Shown here piece after piece: positions 50,280 to 62,524 of a stretch of 64,000 bases of DNA; position 1 is the first letter of the stretch; each line of letters starts with the position of its first letter. The translations under genes and the position numbers were made by a program. The stretch is from Octopus sinensis (taxonomy: Eukaryota), in contig NC_043008.1 of the NCBI RefSeq assembly GCF_006345805.1, positions 19,158,001 through 19,222,000 of the forward strand. The letters run 5' to 3'. The notes under the pieces were generated by a model, which saw only the letters and a program-made list of their open reading frames with translations, did not search any database and was not told the DNA's origin.

Positions 50280-50856
50280 TAATTTGATGTCATCAAAGTC
50301 AGCATCAAGATTAGCAATGCCAAACAGGCAGTACCAAAATGGCTCTGCCAAAAGCTCATGTCCATATCAGAAAATCAAGAAATGGCTTTGTACATCAAAC
50401 AGCATCAAGCTCTCTCTTCAAGCAAGCCGAAAGCAGACTTTCTGTCTTCTTGTCAAAACAGTCTAAACTAGTCTTGTAGAGTTATTCTTACCAACCAATC
50501 CTCAAAAAAGAAAACAGTTTCTTTCTTCATTTCTTTATTTCTTTCCTTCTTTCTTTCTTTGCCATCAGATCAACAGACGACCCTTGGTGACCTCCTTGAC
50601 AAGTGTTAAGTGTTTGACATGAAATATTCATGAGACAATACAAAGGATTTCCTTTCTTTATTCTTTTATTTTCTTTTGCCTGTTTTGGTCATTGGACTGT
50701 GGCCATGCTGAGGCACTGCCTTGAAGGGTTTCAGGTTAGACAGATCATTTGTGTAAAATGTAAAGAAAATTATTCGCAGCAACTTCAGTTGATGTGAATA
50801 ATTTGTCCAATTTTATCTCTAAATTTATCATTCTCACATATGAACTCATTTAAGAA

Positions 50857-50897
<41 letters not shown>

Positions 50898-51289
50898 CTA
50901 ATTTCACCCTCCCAATGGAGCCCCTATGTGGTCACTTGACTTGCAAGCTATTTTATCCAACACTCTAATGCTTCTCCCTGCTTGTCATACATATTTCTTT
51001 ATTGCCCACAAGGGGCTAAGCCTAGAGGGGACAAACAAGGACAGACAAAGGGATTAAGTCGATTACATTGACCCCAGTGTGTGATAACACGATAATATGA
51101 TGCATCTTCAACGAGACGCAATCACTTCTAGTAAATTAAGAAATTTTTGCATTTGGCATTCAATACCTCACCCCATGACTTCTTCACGTCACTGGTCCAT
51201 TTGAGTTATTTCCCTTAGCTTGTTTTAATTTCTTGGCTTGTTTTAATTCTGGTTACCAGTAATTACTCCTGATTCTATTTCATCATCAG

Positions 51290-51650
51290 CATCATCATCA
51301 TCATTATCGTTTAGTGTCTACTTTCCATGCTGGCATGGGTTAGATGGTTTGACTGAAAACTGGTCAGCTGGAGAGCTGGACAAGGTTCCAATCTGATTGG
51401 GCATGGTTTCTACAACCAGATGCCCTTCCTAATACCAACCTCTCCTACAGTGTAATGGGTGCTTTTTACATGCCACCAGCACAGGTGTCAATTACATGAT
51501 GCTGGCATCGGCCACAACTATGATTTCACCTGGCTTAACGAGTCCTTCCAAGCATGGTACCAAAGGTCTCACTCACTGAACACCTCCGTGAGGCCCAATA
51601 TTTGAAGGGTGCTTTTTATGTGTCACCAGCACAGGTACCACTTACATGAC
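51290..51650 (-). mobile_element. Family C (diverged)
   Basis: Family C match with internal repeats. Confidence 0.7.
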
Positions 51651-51865
51651 ACCAGCATTGGCCACGACTAGTTTGACTTGGTTTGATGGGTGCTATAGTT
51701 TCATTTGGTTATATTTTTATATTTTAAACCAGATTTCTCTTACAATCTCCGATAACCATTTGCTGCAACCATACATATTTAAAGAGAGATGATAAAACCC
51801 ACTCCCACCACCACCTCTATTATCATGACTTGCTTATTATTATGACTATAACATAACACAACACA

Positions 51866-52447
51866 AGGTGGCAAGCTGGCAGAGACATTAGCATGCCGGG
51901 CGAAGTGCTTCGCGGTATTTCGCCCATCGCTACGTTCTGAGTTCAAATTTGCCAAAGTCGACTTTGCTTTTCATCCTTTCGGGGTCGATAAATTAAGTAC
52001 CAGTTACGCACTGTGGTCGATATAATCGACTTAATCCGTTTGTCTGTCCTTGTTTGTCCCCACTGTGTTTATCCCCTTGTGGGTAATAAAGAAATAGATA
52101 TTTCGTCTGCCGCTACGTTCTGAGTTCAAATTCCGCCAAGGTCAACTTTGCCTTTCATTCTTTCAGGGTCGATAAATTAAGTACCAGTTACACACTGGGG
52201 TCGATGTAATCGACTTAATCTGTTTGTTTGTCCCCACTGTGTTTAGCGGGTAGTAAAGAAATAGGTATTTTGTCTGCCGCTACGTTCTGAGTTCAAATTC
52301 CACTGAGGTCGACTTTGCCTTTCATCCTTTCGGGGTCGATAAATTAAGTACCAGTTACGCACTGGGGTCGATGTAATCGACTTAATCCATTTGTCTGTCC
52401 TTGTTTGTCCCCTCTGTGTTTAGCCCCTAGTGGGTAGTAAAGAAATA
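51866..52447 (+). mobile_element. SINE family B trimer with 17-bp TSD
   Basis: TSD tataacataacacaaca at 51847-51863 and 52448-52464; junctions at 52096/7 and 52263/4. Confidence 0.9.
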
Positions 52448-53953
52448 TATAACATAACACAACAAAATGGCAGAATTGTTAGCAGGTCAGACAAAATGCT
52501 TGGTGACATTTTGTCTGTCTTCAAAATTCTGAATTCAAATTCCGCCACATACTTTACTTTTCATCCTCTCAGCAGATCAGTGAAATAAGTACCAGTCGAG
52601 CACTTCCCTTAAGAAACTGCTGGCCTTATGCTGAAATTTCAAACAATTATTACGGCCATAGCAACCAAATCCACTTCTGTACTCTGACCACCAAAAATAA
52701 ATTTGAAAACTGTAAGATTCTAATATCAAAAGATATTGCAGTCAATTAATGAGAGTTAAGGTTAACAATGTGGTCAGCAAGATATCACAAGAAAAGGCAA
52801 TCTAGCCACTTGACCACACAAAAAAGAAAAAGAGGAAAATAGCCGCCAATGCTTGACCAGTACATTTTGCTAGTTAAGAGTCCAAACACTTCTGCTGCAC
52901 TTCAAACTTGAAATTTTGTTGGTCAGTATACAACAGCAAGAGGTTGAGGTGAGTTAGTGGTCAGATTTTTTTTTTGGGGTGGGGTTAAGCATTAGCTGGC
53001 AACAAAAAAAAAAAAATCAGGACAGTGACAGATAAAAAAACAAAAAAACAAAAAATAATTAATTAAAAATTAAGCATTAGCGGTGACCAACCCACCTGGA
53101 AAGTGTGTTAGTAAGTACAAAGACAATGCATGTGTGTGTATGTGTGAGACATTGTTGAAAGTTGTGATGTAGCAAACTGACAACCACCATGACCACCACC
53201 AACAACATCAGCAGCCAACAACACCACTACCACTACCATCATCACTAATAGCACCACTACCACCAGCACCATCACCAACACCCCCACTGCTACTTCTACT
53301 GATACTATCACTACTGCCGTTGCTGCTGCTGCTGTAGCTACTACTACCACCACCACTACTACCACCACCAACACCATTATACTACTACTACTACCACCAT
53401 TACTACTAGCATCATCACTACTATTACAACCACTACTACTATCACCACAACCACAACCACCACCACCATGTCTACTACTACCATCACAACCACTACTACT
53501 ACTACCACCACCATCATTTCTACTACTACTGCTACCACCAACACCACCACACCACCACGACTACTACCACCACCACTACTACTAGTATTACCGGTGACAA
53601 TAAATATGACACTATTACACTTAATTCACCCATATAATGTGGGAATACTTCCAAATTTAGATTATATCCTGTCTTATACATATATGTACCATACACGTAT
53701 ATGAAGGGCTTTCCGAGCCAGATTGACTTTGCTGTTGTTCCGTTGCTTATTTGCTTTGAGGTAGAGGGTAATGTGGTGTGATTTATTCTTGGGAATTTTT
53801 TTTTTTTTTCCCAGTATCTTTTATTGTTTAGGAGGAAGAATTAAGTGACTGCTCCAGTTAACAGAATGTATGCTACCTTTTGTTTTTAAAAACTAAAAAC
53901 CATTACAGACACACAAACGTATGTACATATATATATATACATATATATACATA

Positions 53954-54310
53954 TATGTTAAATAAAATGAGACAATAAAACCAAGGCAGTGTGAAATTTC
54001 TAGGACATTTATAAAGAGAGATGTAAGCCTTACAGCTGTTTCAGAGATATAAAGCACAACCCATCATCAGAGACGATATGAGAGAGTTAAACAAAAGGAA
54101 ATAATAGAGTCCAATATAAGAAGTTATTTTGGAAAGGGAGAGACTTCTTGTACTGAACTCTACTATTTCTTTCTGTTTAACTTTCTCATATTGTCTGATG
54201 ATGGGATATCCTTTATATCCCCGAAACAGCTGTAAGGCTACATCTTTCTTTATAAACGTCCTAGAAATTTCCCACTGCCTTGGCTTTCTTGTCTCATTTT
54301 ATTCAACATA
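53954..54310. mobile_element. PLE-type fold-back element with a hammerhead motif in each ~170-bp arm
   Basis: Arms 53954-54124 and 54143-54310 (~85% by eye), 18-bp spacer. Motifs at 54027-54074 (-) and 54191-54238 (+): CTGATGA T..GAAA CAGCTG TA AGGC. Confidence 0.75.
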
Positions 54311-54611
54311 TACACACTCACACATGACCTGCATTAGACACTTCACTCATACTATTACCATACAGTAATAGTATGAGTGAGTTTAACAGTGGGCCTTACC
54401 TGCCTTTTGGGTCCCCTGGATGCCGAAACCTCTCATATATATATATACATATATACACTGACAGATAGATATAGACACACAGGGTCCTTGTTACTTTTAG
54501 ATGTTCTTGGAATGTAACCAACTTCTCCTTAGTATCTGGTTTGATTAATTCCGATTTCTCATAATATAAAATCAAAAGTAAGTATGTGTATGTGTGTGTG
54601 TGTGTGTTAGA

Positions 54612-55150
54612 TCATCATTTAATGTCCGCCTTCTATGCTGGCATGGGTGGGATGGTTTCAGGAGAGCCAGCCAGGCAGAAACCTGCACCAGGCTTCTGTG
54701 ACTGTTTTGGCAGGATTTTTACAGCTGGATGCCCTCCTTAACACCAAACACTCAGCAGAGTGGACTTAGTGCTTTTTACGAGGCACAAGCACAGGTGAGG
54801 TCAGTTTTGGCAAGGTTTTTACAGCTGGATGCCCTCCTTAACACCAAACACTCAGCAGAGTGGACTTAGTGCTTTTTACGAGGCACAAGCACAGGTGAGG
54901 TCAGTTTTGGCAAGGTTTTTACAGCTGGATGCCCTCCTTAACACCAAACACTCAGCAGAGTGGACTTAGTGCTTTTTACGAGGCACAAGCACAGGTGAGG
55001 TCAGTTTTGGCAAGGTTTTTACAGCTGGATGCCCTTCTGAACACCAACCACTTTACAGTGTGGACTGGGTGCTTTTCAGTAACTCCTGTACTGACAAGGT
55101 CACCAAGTACTTGCAAAACAAAAAAAAATGAAAGAAAGCTTTCAAAACTG
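54612..55150 (-). mobile_element. Family C copy containing a perfect 100-bp triplication
   Basis: acagctggat at 54721, 54821, 54921 and 55021 with identical intervening sequence. Confidence 0.85.
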
Positions 55151-55200
55151 GAGGGTGGCACTGGAGGAGGAGATCTTGTGTCGGATGATGAAAGGTTATA

Positions 55201-55427
55201 GCGAGCTGGCAGAAACGTTAGCACACCAGGCGAAATGCTTAGTGGTATTTCGTCTGCCGCTACATTCTGAGTTCAAATTCTGCCGAGGTCGACTTTGCCT
55301 TTCATCGTTTCAGGATCGATAAATTAAGTACCAGTTATGCACTGGGGTCGATATAATCGACTTAATCCATTTGTCTGTCCTTGTTCGTCCCCTCTGTGTT
55401 TAGCCCCTTGTGGGTAGTAAATAAATA
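55201..55427 (+). mobile_element. SINE family B with TSD
   Basis: gaaaggttata(gcgag) on both sides (55190 / 55428). Confidence 0.9.
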
Positions 55428-56050
55428 GAAAGGTTATAGCGAGACAGAGACAGAAACAGGTGTCTTGTTGTACAAGGTTACTCAACTGGAGAGGGAGAAG
55501 GATCAGGAATGAAGACAGAAAGAGATGCACTACTGCAAGGGAAATAAAATGGTTACCCAACCCGAGGGAAATGCAGGAGATGGAGTGAGAGAGGGAGGGA
55601 GACAGCAGGATAGAGATGGTGGCAAAAATGCCAGACATATTCATAAGGGACAGGGGGTCAAAATATAAATGGGAAGTTTGAGTAAAGGAAGCGAGAGATG
55701 GTGGCAAGTGACAAGGTATACTCTTGAGGTTCAAACACCATAATATAAGTGGCAGGATATTGCAAAGGAAGTGTGATTAAAGAGTTTGGAGTGGGGGAGT
55801 GATTGGCAAAAACCTGGGTATATATATAGAGTCAGGAGGCTACCAAATAGCAATGATACAAAGGAATAGGGCCGTGAGGACAGGATGGCGAAGTGAGAAC
55901 AAGGCATAGCGTATGAAGGAGGAAATTTGAGGAAGAGAATAGACGTGGAAATGTAGACTGGTTTGTTGGGGTAGGGTGAGTAAAAAGTTTTTCTTCTTAC
56001 GTGTGAAATAAAAATATATATATATATATACATATATATGTGTGTGTATG

Positions 56051-56081
<31 letters not shown>

Positions 56082-56086
56082 CTGTA

Positions 56087-56152
<66 letters not shown>

Positions 56153-56196
56153 ATATATGTGCGTGTGTGTATATATAAATAAGTATATATATAATG

Positions 56197-56231
<35 letters not shown>

Positions 56232-56234
56232 GAA

Positions 56235-56268
<34 letters not shown>

Positions 56269-56358
56269 TATATATTTACATATATATGTATGTGTGTACA
56301 TAATTATATATATACATATATATGTATATGTATATTATATGCATATATATATATATAT

Positions 56359-56574
56359 ATAATAGTTATCGCCATACTAATATGGCATTCTTATAAAAAT
56401 AAGAAAAAAGCTGTCCGCTTATTAGCTCCATGAGGCCATCGCCTTAAGTTAGCTATTTGATACACAAACTGTATCCATATAACCTTCGAACAAGGGAGGT
56501 CATGGAGCTAATAAGCGGACAGCTTTTTTCTTATTTTTATAAGAATGCCATATTAGTATGGCGATAACTATTAT
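56359..56574. repeat. Perfect 75-bp inverted repeat, 66-bp spacer
   Basis: Arms 56359-56433 and 56500-56574; no mismatch seen. Confidence 0.95.
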
Positions 56575-56637
56575 TTTCCGGGAACGCTGCCGCTGTTCTC
56601 TTTTAGAGAGACTTAGTTATTTTAATATTTCTATTAT

Positions 56638-56669
<32 letters not shown>

Positions 56670-57328
56670 CACAAAATGAGATAGGGGTTGCGAGTGTAAC
56701 CCACTATGGGATAACATTTATCCAAAATACTGCCAGTAAAGTACCCAGAAAGGCTAATACATAAATGCTAAGAATTGCAATGCAATTAATTCATTTATTG
56801 TATTATATGGGCGAAGGTAAAATGTTCCTCCATTTTCTTATTTTGATATATATATATATATATATATATACATGAATACATGTATGTGTGTATGTATGTA
56901 TGTATGTATGTATGTACGTATGTATGTATGTATATATGTGTGTGTGTGTATGTATGTATGTATGTATGTATGTATGTATGTATGTATGTGTATGTATGTA
57001 TGCATGAGATCCTTGTGCAGAAGAAGACATCAAGACTGGTTTGACAAGGGCAATGTTCAAACCAAATAGCTGCCTGAATTATACACGGAGAGTGGCTTTC
57101 ACATTTTCCCAAGTCACATGAACAATGAGCACATAAAAAAAAAGCCTACCAGCAAGCAACAGTTATAGTCTGAAGAAGAAACAGCAACAAAATCAAAACA
57201 CTCGAAATGCAGAAACTGTCTGACACGCATGGCATAAGACATTTACTTCTGCAGCATGACTAAAGCAATTTATAGTTTGTTGGTTGGCTTTTTTTTTTTC
57301 CATTGTGGTCGATGGTATTAAAGTGACA

Positions 57329-57561
57329 GAAGGCGACAAGCTGGCAGAAACGTTAGCACGCCGGGCGAAATGCTTAGCGGTATTTCGTCTGCATTACGTT
57401 GTGAGTTCAAATTCCGCCGAGGTCGACTTTGCCTTTCATCCTTTCGGGGTCGATAAATTAAGTACCAGTTACGCACTGGGGTCGATGTAATCGACTTAAT
57501 ACCTATGTCTGTCCTTGTTTGTCCTCTCTGTGTTTAGCCCCTGGTGGGTAATAAAGAAATA
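57329..57561 (+). mobile_element. SINE family B, full length, 15-bp TSD
   Basis: TSD ggtattaaagtgaca at 57314-57328 and 57562-57576. Confidence 0.95.
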
Positions 57562-57713
57562 GGTATTAAAGTGACAATAATTTCAATACCTCTACTACCC
57601 CTGTGCTGTTTCCAGAAGCAAGGGCCTAGACTCATATACACTTACCACCTCTCTAGTCATGAGTACACCATGAAGGAAAGGTAAGTCAATACATTCACAG
57701 TATTAATGGACCC

Positions 57714-58303
57714 AGAAACGTTAGCACGCTGGGCAAAATGCTTAGCAGTATTTCGTCTGCCATTACGTTCTCGAGTTCAAATTCCTCCAAGGTTGACTTT
57801 ACCTTTCATCCTTTCAGGGTCAATAAATTAAGTACCAGTTACACACTGGGGTCGATGTAATCGACTTAATCCCTTTGTCTGTCCTTGTCTGTCCCCTCTG
57901 TGTTTAGCCCCTTGTGGGTAATAAAGAAATAGGTATTTCGTCTGCCATTACGTTCTCGAGTTCAAATTCCGCTGAGGTCAACTTTACCTTTCATCCTTTC
58001 AGGGTCAATAAATTAAGTACCAGTTACACACTGGGGTCGATGTAATCGACTTAATACCTATGGCTGTCCTTGTTTGTCCCCTCTGTGTTTAGCCCCTTGT
58101 GGGTAATAAAGAAATAGGTATTTTGTCTGCCATTACGTTCTCGAGTTCAAATTCCTCCGAGGTCAACTTTACCTTTCATCCTTTCAGGGTCAATAAATTA
58201 AGTACCAGTTACACACTGGGGGGTCGATGTAATCGACTTAATCCCTTTGTCTGTCCTTGTCCGTCCCCTCTATGTTTAGCCCCTTGTGAGTAATAAAAAA
58301 ATA
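57714..58303 (+). mobile_element. SINE family B trimer with 18-bp TSD
   Basis: TSD acag(t/c)attaatggaccca at 57697-57714 and 58304-58321; junctions at 57931/2 and 58116/7. Confidence 0.9.
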
Positions 58304-59807
58304 ACAGCATTAATGGACCCAAAGACAAAAAGCCATTTATGGTAAGAATGCAACAGGTCCAACACTATTTAGATCTAAAGGTGACACAAAACTTATAAAG
58401 AAATAATCTGCTGTCAACAACCAATGGAAAAAACATTTTGAAGATTTTCTTAATCGTGGCTGTTTCCCCGCAAGAAAAGATCTCTGGACAACATCACAGA
58501 AAGGTCAATGATCAACAGCTTAGCAGGACCATCTGATATTGCAGAAACCAATGAGAGAGCCTGTTCTCTTAAAAAAAAAAAAGGCACCCAAACCCCTGTT
58601 TTTTAAGACACAACAGGATTTTGGCTGAGATATACTTGTATAAACTTGAGAATCAAACACTAATAAAAAGCTCCATGCACTGATTTTAGTAATCTAGATA
58701 CAAGGTCGGCAATACCAACTGACTGCTGAGATTCAAATCATTTTTGTCATGTTTAAAAAGGGAGACAAATCAAATTGCACCAAATACAGAGGAACCTCAT
58801 CATTGTCAAATACTGCAAAATTTCTGGCTAAAATCTCACTCGAGTAACTCACCTCTCTATCAAAGACTCATTAATCTGAACCTCAATTTAGATTTCAGAT
58901 AGATAGACAAATAAGCTAAAACTGCACTATATTTTTGTTCATCTATTATGAATAGAGGTCCTGGCAAGTATTTTAAGAGTGGACATGTGGTTAAAAAGCT
59001 TTCTTCCAAACCATGTGGTCTTCGGTTCAGCCCCACTGTGTGACACCTTCAAGGAGTTTCTTCTGACTATAGCCCCAGGCCAACTAAAGCCATCCCTATA
59101 TGTGTGTGTGTGTGTGTGTATAAATATATGTGTGTGTGTGTGTATAAATATGTGTGTGTATGTATAAATATGTGTGTGTGTATAAATGTGTGTGTATAAA
59201 TATATGTGTGTTTGTGTGTAAATATGTGTGTATATGTTTAAATATATATGTGTGAGTGTGTGTGTAAATATGTCTGTATATGTATAAATATGTGTGTGTG
59301 TGTAAATATGTGTGCATGTGTGCGTATACATACACACACACTCAGCAAGCTTCCACACCATTTCTGTTTGCCAAATTCACTCACAAGATATTGGTCATCT
59401 TGGAACCATAGTAGAAAACACTTTGCTCAAGGTACTACACAGAGGAACTGAACCCGAAGTCACTCGCCTGCTAATCCAGCTTCTTAAACACACAACCACA
59501 TTGTGCCTACATCATATGTAAGCCACACATCATGTACAAGCAGATGACCAATGGTTTCCTCAGATGCTGTCATTGTAATTAATACCATTAGCTTACTGGA
59601 ACTTCAGATATGCTTCATATAAAGTGTGAGATAAATCCATCTATTTATCAATCAGCCCATTGATAATCATAATCACAAAGCTGATTATTCAATAAATATT
59701 TAATAATAACATGCATCAGATTACTATGATCAAAGCACATTAATCAAAACTTTGAATTACATCACAATAGAAAAACTATTGACAGGTGTGTATATATATT
59801 ATTATGT

Positions 59808-60015
59808 ATAAGCTGGCAGACACGTTAGCGCGCTGGGCGAAATGCTTAGCGGTATATCATCTGTCGTTACGTTCTGAGTTCAAATTCTGCCGAGGTCAAC
59901 TTTGCCTTTCATCCTTTTGGGGTCAATAAATAAAGTACCAGTTTCACACTGGGGGCTATATAATTGACTCAATCCCTTCGTCTGTCCTTGTTTGTCCCCT
60001 CTATGTTTAGCCCAT
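59808..60015 (+). mobile_element. SINE family B
   Basis: Family B match, tail truncated by (TA)n. Confidence 0.85.
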
Positions 60016-60032
60016 ATATATATATATATATA

Positions 60033-60441
60033 TAGGCGCAGGAGTGGCTGTGTGGTAAGTAGCTTGTTTACCAACCACATGGTTCCGGGTTCAGTCCCAC
60101 CACGTGGCACCTTGGGCAAGTGTCTTCCACTATAGCCTTGGGCCGACCAAAGCCTTGTGAGTGGATTTGGTAGACGGAAACTGAAAGAAGCCTGTCGTAT
60201 ATATGTATATATATATATATATGTATGTGTGTGTATATGTTTGTGTGTCTATGTTTGTCCCTCTAGCATTGCTTGACAACCGGTGCTGGTGTGTTTACGT
60301 CCCCGTCACTTAGCGGTTCGGCAAAAGAGACCGATACAATAAGTACTGGGCTTACAAAGAATAAGTCCCGGGGTCGATTTGCTTGACCAAAGGCGGTGCT
60401 CCAGCATGGCCGCAGTCATATGACTGAAACAAGTAAAAGAG

Positions 60442-60445
<4 letters not shown>
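60033..60445 (+). mobile_element. SINE family A, full length
   Basis: Near-consensus. Confidence 0.9.
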
Positions 60446-60479
<34 letters not shown>

Positions 60480-60689
60480 TATATTATATTACATTATATT
60501 ATATTATATATTGTGCACAAATTAAAAACAAACATGAACACAAAATGAAAAACCCAAATAAACAGGTCGTATTGTATTAGAAAGCATTGAGCAGGCACTT
60601 TTCTATGCAAGAGTGTCAAACTAATACATTTCTTGTGAACATCCTGTTGTCTGTTATTGTTAATTCTATTATGTTTACTTGAATTGATC

Positions 60690-60730
<41 letters not shown>

Positions 60731-61011
60731 TATATATATAAATTAGGAATAAAAACACCTTTTATCAATTCAATAATGCAAAAATTTAATTATACCATTT
60801 AGTAAAATTAATCTATATATATATATATATCTTATTGTCCTGTATCTCTTTTTTTGCTTGTCTTGTTCCTTGGTTTGTGTCTATGTTTTTCGTCTCTCTA
60901 TGTGTTCGACGTCTTTTTGGTGTCCTGTACACATATATGCGTGTATATGTACATGTAGAGGTAGGTACGTACATATATGTTTATATATAGCATATGTTCT
61001 ATTTTATTAAC

Positions 61012-61044
<33 letters not shown>

Positions 61045-61053
<9 letters not shown>

Positions 61054-61161
61054 GTGAATGGAAGAAATGGAGCTGAACGAAGATTCTACAGAATTCCTTT
61101 TATTAAAAGGAATTCTGTAGAATCTTCGTTCAGCTCCATTTCTTCCATTCACTAATTATAT
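61045..61161. repeat. Perfect 117-bp palindrome (58-bp arms, 1-nt centre at 61103)
   Basis: atataattagtgaatggaagaaatggagctgaacgaagattctacagaattcctttta-t-taaaaggaattctgtagaatcttcgttcagctccatttcttccattcactaattatat. Confidence 0.95.
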
Positions 61162-61707
61162 TAAACTTCAATTATCCGCGCCAACACACGGTTGCAACAC
61201 CCTATGGTCATAACTCCAACCGTGTTTTTTCTGCTGTGATTTTTGCTACCCAGGTATTGGTTAAACTTTTGAATAATCCGTAACAAGATAATTCATCTTT
61301 CCATTTCAACAAATATATATATATATATATATATCTTATATTTTGTGAAATTTGATTTAGTATTTCTAAATTGAATTTTTCCCTGTAAGTTTGGAATAAT
61401 ATTCCCTCATATTATTATTATATACACACACACACACATACATATACATATATATATATATATATCCTTTCCGTATTCAGATTAGTCTGTTAAATGTAAT
61501 GCATTTTTACTCAAATTGTTTCGAATTAATCATACACTATCTTATAGCTTTGAGGTTTCGATGATGTAATTGTTTATTTTTAGAATTCAGTGTAGGTTAG
61601 GTGTAAGAGGCCAGATATGGCTAAGTTGAATATAAAAAATATAGACTATTTAGGCCAGATGTGGGTGGTTTAACCACTAAAGATATATACATACACACAC
61701 ATATATA

Positions 61708-61746
<39 letters not shown>

Positions 61747-62052
61747 CACACACACATGGACACCGATATATACTTCCCTTTGTTTTGCATCCGCTTTTCC
61801 ATGCTAGCATGAGTCATGCATGTATTAGATATCATTGTCATGTATCTGAATTCCTTTCTAATGTTAACCCTTACCTTTCTTTAGGTAAAAGCTCTCATAC
61901 ACCACAGGCACATATATGTATGCATGTGTGCCTGATTGTATACATTACATACATACATACATACATGCATATATACACATATGTATAAGGAAGTTAAATG
62001 ATAATGATGATTTGCATATGTATTCATACAATTATATATATATGTGTGTATA

Positions 62053-62099
<47 letters not shown>

Positions 62100-62104
<5 letters not shown>

Positions 62105-62520
62105 TCATCATCATCATCGTTTAACGTCCGCTTTTCCATGCTAGCATGGGTTGGACGGTTCAACTGGGGTCTGGCAGCCTGAAGGCTGCACCAGGCCAGT
62201 CAGATCTGGCAGTGTTTCTACAGCTGGATGCCCTTCCTAACGCCAACCACTCGAGAGTGTAGTTGGTGATTTTATGTGCCACCGACACAGGTGCCAGACG
62301 AGGCTGGCAGACGGCCACGCTCGGATGGTGTTTTTTATGTGCCACCGACACAGGTGCCAGACGAGGCTGGCAGATGGCCACGCTCGGATGGTGTTTTTTA
62401 TGTGTCACCGACACAGGTGCCAGACGAGGCTGGCAGACGGCCACGCTCGGATGGTGTTTTTTATGTGCCACCGACACAGGTGCCAGACGAGGCTGGCAAA
62501 CGGCCACGATCGGATGGTGT
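62100..62520 (-). mobile_element. Family C with four 63-bp internal tandem units
   Basis: g(c/t)caccgacacaggtgccagacg at 62278, 62341, 62404 and 62467. Confidence 0.9.
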
Positions 62521-62524
62521 ATAT

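Noticed and set aside
50282-50610. Exons FDVIKVSIK...SLN* and DQQTTLGDLLDKC* (after a polypyrimidine tract at 50520-50569)
   Set aside because: No recognisable homology; the first lacks an acceptor and the second has no convincing donor. Evidence is too thin.
55440-55990. Coding or PLE ORF in a purine-rich unique segment
   Set aside because: No long open frame or recognisable RT/GIY-YIG motif in any frame I could read.
33848-58303. SINE B arrays explained by independent self-insertion at a GGTATT target (the TSD at 57314 also begins ggtatt)
   Set aside because: Units within the 57714-58303 array share private mutations, which independent insertions from different sources would not. Kept only as a minor alternative.
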